A DNA stretch of 64,000 nucleotides, from the NCBI GenBank assembly GCA_016748015.1, contig JAAOMT010000678.1, positions 88,921 to 152,920 on the forward strand, written 5' to 3'. The notes beneath the pieces are model-generated. The model ran no database searches and was not told the DNA's origin. It worked only from the letters and a program-made list of their open reading frames with translations. Made by a program: the position numbers and the translations under genes. Within the stretch, counting starts at the first letter, position 1; every line of letters starts with the position of its first letter. The stretch comes from Geosiphon pyriformis uo1. Taxonomy: Eukaryota > Fungi > Glomeromycota. Positions 1 through 11,039 of the stretch are shown piece by piece.

Positions 1-3000
1 TTAATCTTTTTTATTACACCAAAGAAAGCATTATTATTCACATAATCTAGAGGCATATATTGATGAGACCAAAGATCAAGTACTTTTGAAAGTACTAACT
101 GCTTTTTTGTTCATTTTTTTATAATCTTGTCAATCTTAAGGTTCATCTCTTTTGGCTCAACCATTATTTCATCCTCTATTATTAAGTGATCTAAAATAAC
201 CTTGTGAAATAGATGTTCTAAAATGCTCTTTATCATCTACCCTTTGTTAAAACAGAAGTTTTTTATACAGCATTTAATTGTCTTTTTAATAGCTGTATTC
301 TTAGTTATTTTTGATTCATAATACTTAGACTTTCAGTATTTTTTTTCACTAGTGACAAATGTTTAACTAAGTTTACTGAGTTTGCATTATCTAAAACTAT
401 GCTAGTAATTTTAAAAGTCTCAACTTTATCAATAGTCAACTAAATCTTAACAAAACAGTCAAAATTCAGAAGATTTCCAGAATTTTAATTTAAAAAATTT
501 TGAAGATTGTTTGTTTTTCAAACAATTTATACACTATACTAACTCTTAGAAAACATTTTAGTAGCAGCTTGAACCATAGCTTCTTCTAATACTTTCTACA
601 TTATATTCAAGTTACTACAGTCTTTTACATTTCCAGATGCATTAAATTTGACCAACAACTTGGCAGAAAAACACTCTTTAAAATACAACTATTGACTTTT
701 ATCTGTATTTCCTAACTTGAACTTCTACTGGTTTTGGTTGGCCAGCTTATAAGTGTTGATAAGACAAACATCCAAAAGCCCACCCAAACCAATTGAAACT
801 GACTTATGATCTGTATTAAAAAACTCTGACATATTATCAACTAATTATGATACAATTGCAGACACCAAATTTCTACTTACAAAAACAAAATCTATGATTT
901 TTTCAACACTCCTAAAATTGTTTTAAGTAGAGGCTTTGGTTAATAAATATTTATTAAAAGTATTAACCAGGCCCAAATCTGAGCAGAACTTGAAGCTTGT
1001 ACTTCTTTTGGATTCATTTTTATTAAAATTACTACTCAAAATCACAAAAGTAGATTTTTTTACAGATTTTGTAATCAAAAAATTGATTTCATCAGCCTAA
1101 AAAAATAAACAGCCAAAGATGTTTTAGTATAAAGCCCCAAAATTGAAATTGGAAGTTTATTTTTGAAAAATAACTTAATAAAAAGAAATTGGCCAGGAAT
1201 ATCCAATACTTTATATATGTGTCTTGTCAAAGAATTGTTTATGATAATTGCAACACCAGAACCCAAATAACCAGAATCCAAACCAGAAGTGAAGACCCAA
1301 ACACCATCAAATTTGTTCATAATTCACAGACAGACTTTGCTTTTTAACTTAGTTTTAGTAACAATGGAAATCAAATTGTTTATATCTTTATGCTAATGAA
1401 TTATATCATCCTGTTTTGCAAAATTGTTCATTTTTTTAACATTGTAAGTAGCAACTTTTCAAACTAAACTACTCATTAAGAAGGAGGTTGGGGAAGTATG
1501 TTACCAGCCAAAACCAGACTATCAAAATGAGCTGACAAACTTAGTACTAAAGCAGAAAATCTTTCTAATATATTCTCCAGTTTAACAGGAAAGGCAGACA
1601 AACTTAAAACTGCAGCAGTCTTACCATTAGTGGCCTTACCTGAGCCTTTTCTCCTCATTATATTACCCACATAATCCTGTAATAAAGGGATTACTGGCAG
1701 CTGATATCTAAGGCTAGACTGAAAAACTACCAGCATGAATAATTTCAACTTCTTAGTCAACTCACCAATTTGTCCCATAAAGCTGGCAAAACTGCATTCC
1801 ATTACTGCAAACTTTTTATCAATGTTTATTATAACCAGAAGAATAGGGTTTATTTCTAAAAAAAACCAAAGTTAACTGAACCATCACATATGGAAAAAGA
1901 AGGAAAAAAAGACCCACCAGCAATCTTAGCTCAAAAGACATTATTAGAAGCAATTGAATAAGCAACAAAAGCCAATTATTTGGCATAGATAGTTGTTAAT
2001 CTGCTTTTATTCATGTCTAATAGCACTTTACAAAAAAATCCACTAAAGATAAAATTTTTATCTACAGAACAGTCCAAAAACATATAACCTAATTTTTCAT
2101 ACTTAGTGCATTTAAAAACATCTAGCTGAAACCAATACAGATTAATACTTCTCAAAACTGAAAGAGTTTTCATGACAGCATTAAGCAATTTGGCAGAGTC
2201 AAAACACATCACAGCACATCTGAATTAGGCATATGTGACTAGATGACAATTAATAACACAAGTCTTACTATCAACTGACTCAATAAAGTTCTAAATATTA
2301 TGTGTATTTATTTTTACTGGTAATGTATATAACAATACCCTATGACTATTCCTTGTATTCCATGATTTCTTGTTCATATCAGCTTTAGTAACATGAATTA
2401 TATCTTTTCTAATTAAGATAGACTACTTTGCTGTAACCAAATCAACATGATCTACTTTACCAAATTTAATTACAGCTTTCTGTCATAGCTTTATTAATTG
2501 CATTTTGATTGACTTAATTAATCTAAACTCAGACAATACAGTATATACAGCTTTAGCTGACATTCCAATTGGAATTTTTTTTAACACCACAGTCTAATCT
2601 GAATGCACAGCAGATTTTTTAAAATTGGTATTTACCAAGATATTTGTACCCTTAGCTTTTTCAGTGGCTTGCATCAAACTCAATTCAGAAATAAATGTTG
2701 TTCTAATGATCTTAGCAAATTTTAAGGGAGTAGATGCTCCTCCAAAACCATTGATTTCTGAAAATAATTTTCCAACCATCATATATTTTTCTTGAAAAGA
2801 TTTTCCAACTATTTTGTTTAAGCAATATTCAAAGCATATAATTTTCTAATAGGAACAATGACTAAATTTTTTAGAGGAGGTGAAAAAACCAGTAATGCAT
2901 TTAGAAGAATATTATTATTTTTACCATCACTCAAGAAATTAATTTTTCCCAACAGCTTGCCCAATACTTTTTTGGTTTTTACTTACAAATCTTTAAGTAT

Positions 3001-3408
3001 TTAATCAGAATTCCCTTTAACAAAAGTGCTACTTACACTATAATCAAAACTAGTTTCCTTTACCAAACATTTTTTTTCTATGTTTATACTGTCAGACTTG
3101 GTGGTGTTACTAGTCTTTAAACCCCATGAATGACTACTCTGAATCTTAGAAACAATTTTTTTATTACTAGAACCATTTTTTAAAGCACCACTTCTTTTTT
3201 TTTTTCTTAAGAAAACAGGTTTGAAGCCAATATCAAAGCCAGAATCTTTAGCAGCCTTTTTTATAACAATAATACTACAGCCAACAATGGCTTCATAGTC
3301 AAGAATAAATAATTTAGATTTATTGTACTAAATTATTAAAAACTTCTTTTAAAAAACTTTTGATTTTTTCTTTTGGAAATTTTGAATAAAAAAAAAAAAA
3401 AAGTTTTT
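1..3408 (-). mobile_element. Degenerate non-LTR retrotransposon (LINE family 1, copy A): 5' end, ORF1 and the APE endonuclease part of ORF2; runs off or decays toward the window start
   Basis: ORF1 remnants (3300-1476) and APE motifs (V*KVATYNV, TKTKL, NKFDGVWVFTSGL, IDFVF) are colinear with the copy at 15576-21315. Many stop codons. Confidence 0.9.
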
Positions 3409-3839
3409 TTATTATTTAAATTATATAAATTTATATTTATTTTATTAAAATTTACATATTTTTAATTAATATTATTAATATTTATTTGTTACTATTAACA
3501 ATATTAAAACAATAATTTTTTATTTATAATTATTAATAAAATATTAATAAAATATTAATTTTTTATTTATTTATTTATTTTTTTATATATTGTTGTGATT
3601 AAAACCCATACTTTTTATTAGTTATTACATATATTAATTACTAATATCATATAATTAGTCACTCTATTTTTAGATAGTGATAATTGACTTAATCATTGAT
3701 CTGATCATTAATTACTTTTAATAACTATATAAGTAATGAATTTTTTAGTTATAGAAAAACATAATTAAAATAATGAAATAAAACCTATTATTAATTACTT
3801 TTTCTTATATTACTTATTTTTTTTTCTCTACTTTCAAAT

Positions 3840-4743
3840 ATCTGAACATCTTGAAATAAAAAATTACTTGTTGGCATTTACATATTTTATTTTATTTTTT
3901 TCATTGATTTGTATTGTTAGAATTAGTCTGAGAAATGATTGCTTGCTCTTGTGATTCATTGAATAAAGAAATGATTAAAAAACACAATGATACCTATTAT
4001 TGATTCTAAAAATTGCCAAGTTGAGACATAGAATAATAGCAGTAGTATTATCTTGTTAATAATCACAGACTATTCTTTTATCTTTAGATTTTCAGAAAAG
4101 ATTTACAACTGTAATTTTTATGAGACAGATCACACATATTAAATTCTTACTTAATGTCTAATGTGAAGAATTTCTTAATAGCCATCTTAACTTAAATTTT
4201 TATTATCTTAAAATTAAACCATTTTTTGTCAAAAGAGATATTAAGAAAAGAAAAGAAAGAACTCACATTTTTATCTATTCAAAGTCAATAATACCAATAA
4301 GAAAACTATCAATTAAACCAGTATTAATTTCTTTAGCTTTGAAAATTATCACAGCCAAATTAAGAAAAAAACCACCATTTGAATTTATTGTAATATCACC
4401 AATCTTATCATTACTAGACTCACTATTTATATCTGAATACATGTCATTATTAACATTAGGTTTAATCAAAAAAATTTTTCTTTTGTTATCAGAATGCTTA
4501 ATATTGTTAACAGAAATCTTCTTCTTTTAAGAAAAAATACTATTAATAAGACTATAAAAAACACTTTTGGAAGGCTTCTTCTTAAATATATTGTTATTTA
4601 AAACAACTTTCAGGTTTACCACAAAAAAATTAAAAGCTTGAGAAATATTGAAAATAATATAACTAAGAAGATAAAAACAAAAAACTTTTTTTTTAAAAAA
4701 ACTGCTTTTTGAAGAATTTATACATAAAAAAGAAAAAAGTTTT
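3840..4743 (-). mobile_element. 5' fragment of LINE family 2 (copy B): 5' UTR and start of ORF1
   Basis: Colinear with 56960-58020; e.g. 'caggtttaccacaaaa' and 'aactag(a/g)aagataaaaacaaaaa' are shared. ORF 4275-4469 matches ORF 57496-57900. Confidence 0.85.
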
Positions 4744-4828
4744 AAATTAATATATTTTTTTTTATTAAAGAGTTAATGAGTACAGCTCAACTACTACCTA
4801 AATACATAAAATAAAACAAGATTCTAAA

Positions 4829-5755
4829 TTAAATATGGCTCATGTCTTTTTTACACATGACCAGACACTTGGTCCAGTCAAAACAGTACAATGCACATAC
4901 AAGATCTGTTAAAAAAATACTACTCAAGAAACTGAAACCCAAACTAGTAAGACAAAGACACAAACCAAAACACATATAAATATCCAATCTGATACCAAAG
5001 CTATAGGTGATTCCAACAGTCCACAAGTCCAACAAATTAGCAACTGACAGCACAGTAGATTTATTATATGATAAAAGATTATGCTTTTTATAGAAAGCTT
5101 TTAATTTGGCAGCAAGCACCCAGATATTAGACCTATGACTCTTGGCAAGACTACAAACCAACTTGACAATCAAACTGTCACCAGAAGCAGAGCCAAGGCT
5201 CAGAACAATATCAGCTGCCCAGCTTTTTAAAACAAACTCCTTGGCCAATAATATATACAAATTACTAGATAATTCAGCCTCATGCAGAATTTGTATCACC
5301 CTACTTCTTACAACAAAATCACCAGCCAGTTTACACTACTCCATACTAATGGTTAATAATATATTTTTTCTGGTGTTGTTATCATATATACATAAAAACA
5401 AGTGATCAGAGTTTTTGACCATCCCACACCTAAAACACACCACACTAGAATATTTAAAATTATACAATCTTTTCCTTATGGCAACCAGCAGGCATTAATA
5501 CAGAGACTTCATAAGATAGGACTGCAAAGAAGCCAAAAATAAACTGGTATAACTAGAATAAATCTTACTATTAGGGTGCCAAATACTGAAAGACTTAGAT
5601 GTATTGACATTACTAGCAATACCAACATCAACAATATTGGTCTCACATCTGGATTTCCAACTGACAAAATTGACAGCATTAAATAAACTTCTGACAAAAT
5701 GATGTGCATTTCCAAAAACAAGTATGTTCTTAACACTAAGGAAGCAATATGGCAT
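4829..5755 (-). pseudogene. LINE ORF2 C-terminal part, including the C-terminal Cys/His finger
   Basis: ORFs 5495-5755 and 4829-5299. Between them the sequence reads KRLYNFKYSSVVCFRCGMVKNSDHLFLC (C-x2-C-x7-H-x3-C). Confidence 0.8.
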
Positions 5756-6692
5756 TGTTACCAGTAGAATTTTAGCTATTAATTAGCATAAAATTACCCT
5801 TATAATTATTATTATTAATTAGCATATATTATTATTATTTCGATTATCACTTATTATTTAATCAATATCCGATTTGTACTTTAGAAATTAAGATGATCAA
5901 ATTACACAATACCCTGAACGATTTAATATAGTCAAAATTCGCCGAAATTAATAAAAATTGGCCGAAATAATCAATAGTTCAGTAAAATAACTTGTAGTTT
6001 ACTGAAATATATCTTTAGTTCACCCAAATTATAGCAAAAAAGAAAAATGCAAGTTTAAAGACTAGTACTACAACAAGTTGTATAAAAGAAGAACTTCTCT
6101 TTTCAAGAAAATGTATCTTTTCATAGTATTTTATCATAATATTTTACTTTAGATATCTTAATTGAAACAAATTACTTTTTACATATTCAAATAAAAATTA
6201 AATATTCAAAAACCAAAATCTTTAAATTATTATACTTAAAATTCTCTTAACACAACTAACGTTTTGGAATTGATTAGCTACCAATTTCAGTAATCTGTTA
6301 GTGATTCTAGGCCTGGATAAAAAACGTTTTCCTTAACAGAATTCTATTTCTTTTACATTTTTTTTCTTTTTCTTATTATAATTATTAGGGTAGCCTACAA
6401 ACAAGATTCCTGTAGAAGAGTTGACTTTCACAGCAAAGTAACTACACATTTTTAGTAAGCTTTCAAACAAGCAATTCCTAGGAAAGAGTTGACATTTTAC
6501 TACAACGTAACTACATAAAGTAACTGGCAAGGAATTGGCCATTTTACTTATAAACCCAGCAGTTCCAATTATAAGAGATAATTTGAAGTTAAATTCAGTT
6601 ACTGAAGGTCCAACTACTTCCTGGAAACGTGAATTCACAGCAAATCAATATTAACAACATTCAAGAAAAAAGACCAAAAACCTCCAGTAATA
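5756..6692 (+). repeat. 5' LTR
   Basis: Direct repeat of 14615-15575. Starts TGTTACCAG and ends CCAGTAATA (terminal CA eroded to TA). TATAAAA at 6081 and AATAAA at 6190. Confidence 0.95.
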
Positions 6693-6694
6693 TT

Positions 6695-6708
6695 TGGTGT
6701 TCTTCCAC
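6695..6708 (+). promoter_or_regulatory. Putative primer-binding site
   Basis: TGGTGTTCTTCCAC lies 2 nt after the 5' LTR, and TGG is complementary to the tRNA CCA end. The tRNA was not identified. Confidence 0.7.
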
Positions 6709-6737
6709 AAAAATAACATAGCAATAACAACTTCAAA

Positions 6738-8700
6738 GTGTCAACCACATCAGACACAACAACTCTAGAGTATTACCAGTCAATCTACACACACTGCAAG
6801 CAAAAATTCAACATCCAAGATGGGATTGAAATTTTCAAGAAATCACTATACCAATATATTGAAAATTGCATCAACAACTATCTTTTTAGAAACTACAATA
6901 TTTCAGAAGTCAGAAACAACTTCTACAATAATTTAGTACACTATATACAATTGGGAACAGAAGACCTGAACAGTGAAACACTTGCTACCTACTTCCAAGA
7001 ACTTAATTTTAACATTATTGACTATTGTGAAGAAAAATACCTAATACAGTCCAAATATTCTTTTGACTTTAAATCAGAAACAGAAACAAGCAACAAAGAC
7101 AAACAAAAAGTGAAACAATACTCAAGAACCACTCCAAACACTCCAATACTACCAAAAACAACTACAAAACACTTGCAAACACCTAAACAAGGAACCAGTA
7201 TCAAATTACCACTTTCTATTACATCATTTCCAATTTCACTTGCTTAACCACAAACATCAAATTCACTACTTAACCATTTCTCCAGACCAGAAGATTTTCA
7301 GTTACCTAGAAATTCTACTCAACAGCAGGAACCAATATTAATCAGCACCAATATCATTGATTACTTACAGGAAAACGAAAGTAATCATTCAAAAAACTTG
7401 AAAAGTAAAGAAACTGAATCAGAACAAGAAGAAACCACAGAAAACAAAAAAGAAATGCCAACTGCTTATATTGCAAAGATTCCAGAATTTACTGGTGAAA
7501 ATAATGATATCAGCTCTTAAGAATGGCTTGATAAAGTTCAAAAAGCAGAAGATGTAAATAGTTGGAATGCAGCAAGAATGCTCAAAACAATCCCATACTT
7601 TCTTTAAAAAACTGCAGAAAAATGGTTTAAAAACTTGGAAGAACTATTTGAAAACTGGCAAGCATTCAAAGATGCTTTTTTACAACAATTCACCAACAAC
7701 AACATCTTTATTACTCTCTGCAATCACTTTTGCAATATCAAACAAGAAACATCTGAAACTGTTATGACTTATCTTAAGAGATTCAACAAACTTATTTGAC
7801 AAATTTGACAATTGGAAACCAATAATTACTATTTCAATGCTCAGATTCTGATTTAATTTATAGCAGGATTAAAAGACAAATTAATTAAGAAAGTTCATTC
7901 ACATGTACCAGCAGACTTAGCAACTGCCATTAGACATGCAAAAAACTATGAAATGGCAATAAAAAAAGCAAACCACACCAAACTTGTCAACCTTAGCTAT
8001 TGGAAAAACCAGCTCAGCAGCTAAAGAAAAAATAGACCAACTTACAAAGAAAGTTGAAAACTACTTTACAAACCAACAACAACAACAGCAACAACCACAA
8101 AAACATCAACTTCCACAGCACCACAATCAAAACAACTTTGGATTACCATCCAACAACCAACCTCAAAATTGTCATTATTGTGGAATTTCAGGACACTAAA
8201 AACGAGATTGTAGAAAATTACAAAGAAACCAACAAAACAGAAGTAATTAACATTATTTTTCACCACAAAAATCTTATTACCAATCTTTACCACCAACTTA
8301 TTATTTACCAAAACCACAAAATTAAAACAGTTACTATCAACCAGCTCTACAACCAATACAACAACAATATCAGCAACCTTTACCAATTCAGCAATATTAG
8401 ACACCACTCACTCAACAATATTAAGTACCAGCCAAAAAATTGGTTCAAAATAACCAATTTACACCCCAAAATCAATTTAGTAATAACAACAACAGAATCA
8501 ATCCAAATAACTAGTTGGTTCTCCAAAATTTTAGTCAGCAAAGACCAAATTACTATTACACTTAACCCAGCTATCTTATAATATCTGAAAGATCAGATTT
8601 TCAACAAACTGCACTTTTTGAAAATGAAGCTGCAGCACCAAGATCAAACCCTTTCAATAATACTATTCCATCAGCCCAAATTGCCCAAAATACCAACCTT
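6738..8700 (+). pseudogene. gag: gag: N-terminal extension, capsid-like domain, CCHC knuckle, Q/N-rich tail
   Basis: EWLDKVQKAEDVNSWNAARMLKTIPYFL..TAEKWF (retrotransposon gag domain) and CHYCGISGH*KRDC at 8170-8211. Several stops and a +1 shift near 7991. Confidence 0.88.
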
Positions 8701-8745
8701 TCAGATATATTCCCATTCGAATTTAAAGCAAATAAATCACCATTC

Positions 8746-9160
8746 TTGCTTAGCAATGCAGCAGTCAATGAGCAAAAAGCTATTACTGCCATGTACACTG
8801 AAGCTACAGTAGAAGAAAAGCCCATTCAATTAATTCTAGACAATGGATCTACTAGAAGTATTATTACATACCAATTAATACAACAACTTAATCAAAATGT
8901 TGACAGATTAACCCAAACAGTAATTGTCACAGCAAATAGTATGAAAAAGACACCAGTAGGAGAAATCAACAACTTTCCATTTACTATTGATGGAATCACC
9001 ATTCTAGTCAAGGTTTTAGTCATAGATGCATTCTAATACCAAGTTCTTATCAGAAATAATTGGCTTCTCAAGGCCAATGCAAACTTAGACTGGAAAACTC
9101 AGGAACTAAAAATTTCATACCAAGAACAATACACCATAGTATCTGCTACTTGTGATACTT
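8746..9160 (+). pseudogene. Retropepsin aspartic protease domain
   Basis: LILDNGSTRSII (eroded DSG motif), IVTANSMKKTPVGEI and the VLIRNNWL equivalent of ILGxDW. Confidence 0.88.
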
Positions 9161-10100
9161 TCAACAAATGTTCAGAAAAAACCCCAGTATTCGAATTTAA
9201 GAAGAAAAAAAAATTGCCATTTACTGAAACTTATATGGCACTTGGATCAACATCCAATATGGCTGAGGAAACAGAACAGAAGATTTTTGAAGAATCAAAA
9301 AGATAGAAAAAAGTTAGGTATTCTATACCAGAACCATGGAAAGAACCACCATATATTCCACTAAATTGCAAAGATTGCAAAAAGAAGCTTTTATTTATGG
9401 AAGCCTGTATTTCTCCAGAAGAGAAATATAAAACTTGCATTTGTTACTTCTGCAAAACATGCCATAGAAAACGATTTAGATCCCCAAAAAAAAGTGGAAA
9501 ATAGGACAACACTCTTTGTCTTACATGTGGAGATATTTTATCAGAAGAATGCAACTGGATTGATGTTGCAATGAGAGGAGGAGTATATGATCAAACTTGT
9601 CAATATGTTCTATCAATTTCAGAAAAAGTCAGAAGAGGAACACTATTTGATGCAGCATACAACAGTGCTCTCAATAAACTCTACCACTACTCTCACAATG
9701 GTAAAATGATTTTTGACTTAGCAATGCCATTAATCAATAAAGCCACCCAAGAAGATGTCCACCAAATGAAAAAAGCTGAATACATTGAGTATACCATGAA
9801 ATTAACTAGATTAGATTATAAAGATAAAGTAAAAACCTACCACCAAATTGCAAGTCATACATATCCAACCAAAGAAGCTCAAATTCAACAATTAGAGCAA
9901 ATAAACATTCAATTATATAAGGAATGTATTATGCCTTGTGATGACCAATAGTGTTTAAAATGCTATGCTCTTAGCATTTCCCTGCCAAATGAGAATAATG
10001 AAAAGGAAATCGAATTTAGAGTATCTGAACTGGCAGAAGAATTACCAACCATCCCCATCTATCTTCTTGAAAATCAACCACTCCTACAACTTAAATATTT
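9160..10100 (+). pseudogene. Cys-rich (multiple CxxC) domain of unknown function inside pol
   Basis: In frame with the protease and dUTPase: CKDC, CYFCKTC, CLTC, DQTC, KECIMPC, CLKC. Confidence 0.7.
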
Positions 10101-10128
10101 TGACAACCATGGCCAAGAAATTAGACCA

Positions 10129-10518
10129 GAAAAAGCATACGAAATTGATGCTGGATATGATCTAAGATATCCAGGAAAAGATATTTTGGTTCTCCAACCA
10201 AAGTTCTTGACAAAAATCAATCTTAAAATTGCTCTTGAAATTCCACCTGGAACAATGGTTCAAATTGCATTTAGATCATCATTGGCAAGCAAAGAAATCA
10301 ATATCAGAGAAAGAGTTATAGATGCAGGATATACTAGAGACATTACTATTATGTTGCAGAATGAAACAGACAAATCATTCAGGATTGAACATACCAAAAA
10401 GATTGCTCAAGCAATTTATTTACCCTTAATCAACATTTTGGGTTTACAATCAGTTAACAACAAAGAACAATTGGAAAAAAATAAAAGAGGAATGCAAGAT
10501 TTTGGTTCAACTAGATGA
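10129..10518 (+). pseudogene. dut: Trimeric dUTPase domain
   Basis: All five motifs are recognisable: DAGYDL, RSSLA, VIDAGY, IAQ, RGxxxFGST. Confidence 0.93.
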
Positions 10519-11039
10519 TTTACAGTACCAGTAAACATAGTTCTCAATGCACAGAATGAATCCCACCAGATTTTTCAACTTCCCCAACCAATTACTATTT
10601 TACTTTTTGGTGAACATCACGAAATTTACACTTGCTTAAAACCCACTACCATTCAACAAATCTTTGAATCCAATAAACAAATCTGTTTGAAGCATGAAAT
10701 TTCAATCCCAAACGTTTATATTTCCAAAAGAATAAAAAAATTTTGAGTTATATTCTACAATCCCAACAATTACCCTATTGTTTTATTGAACAAATTAGAG
10801 ATTGAAATCATACACAGTAACATCTTTCAAGATGAAAACCCTTAATTTGTCTTTGATTTCATCAAAATTATAAGACATACCCTATTTCTCAACTCAAACA
10901 TTATTTCCACTACTGAAAACTACCATTTTTTGAAAGAAAAACTCTCTTGAATCAACATGGGCCTCTTAAAACCCCAACAACAAAGACAATTAAAACAGTT
11001 AATAGCTGAATTTGCAGATATATTTGCAAAAGACAACAA

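Noticed and set aside
6333-6638. Antisense ORF in the 5' LTR
   Set aside because: The ORF track shows no equivalent in the 3' LTR, and there is no recognisable domain.
7989-7998. CTT AGC T at the +1 shift in gag resembles the Ty1 programmed frameshift heptamer (CTT AGG C)
   Set aside because: It lies upstream of the gag zinc knuckle rather than at a gag/pol boundary. A 1-nt insertion in this decayed copy is simpler. It needs the family consensus to settle.
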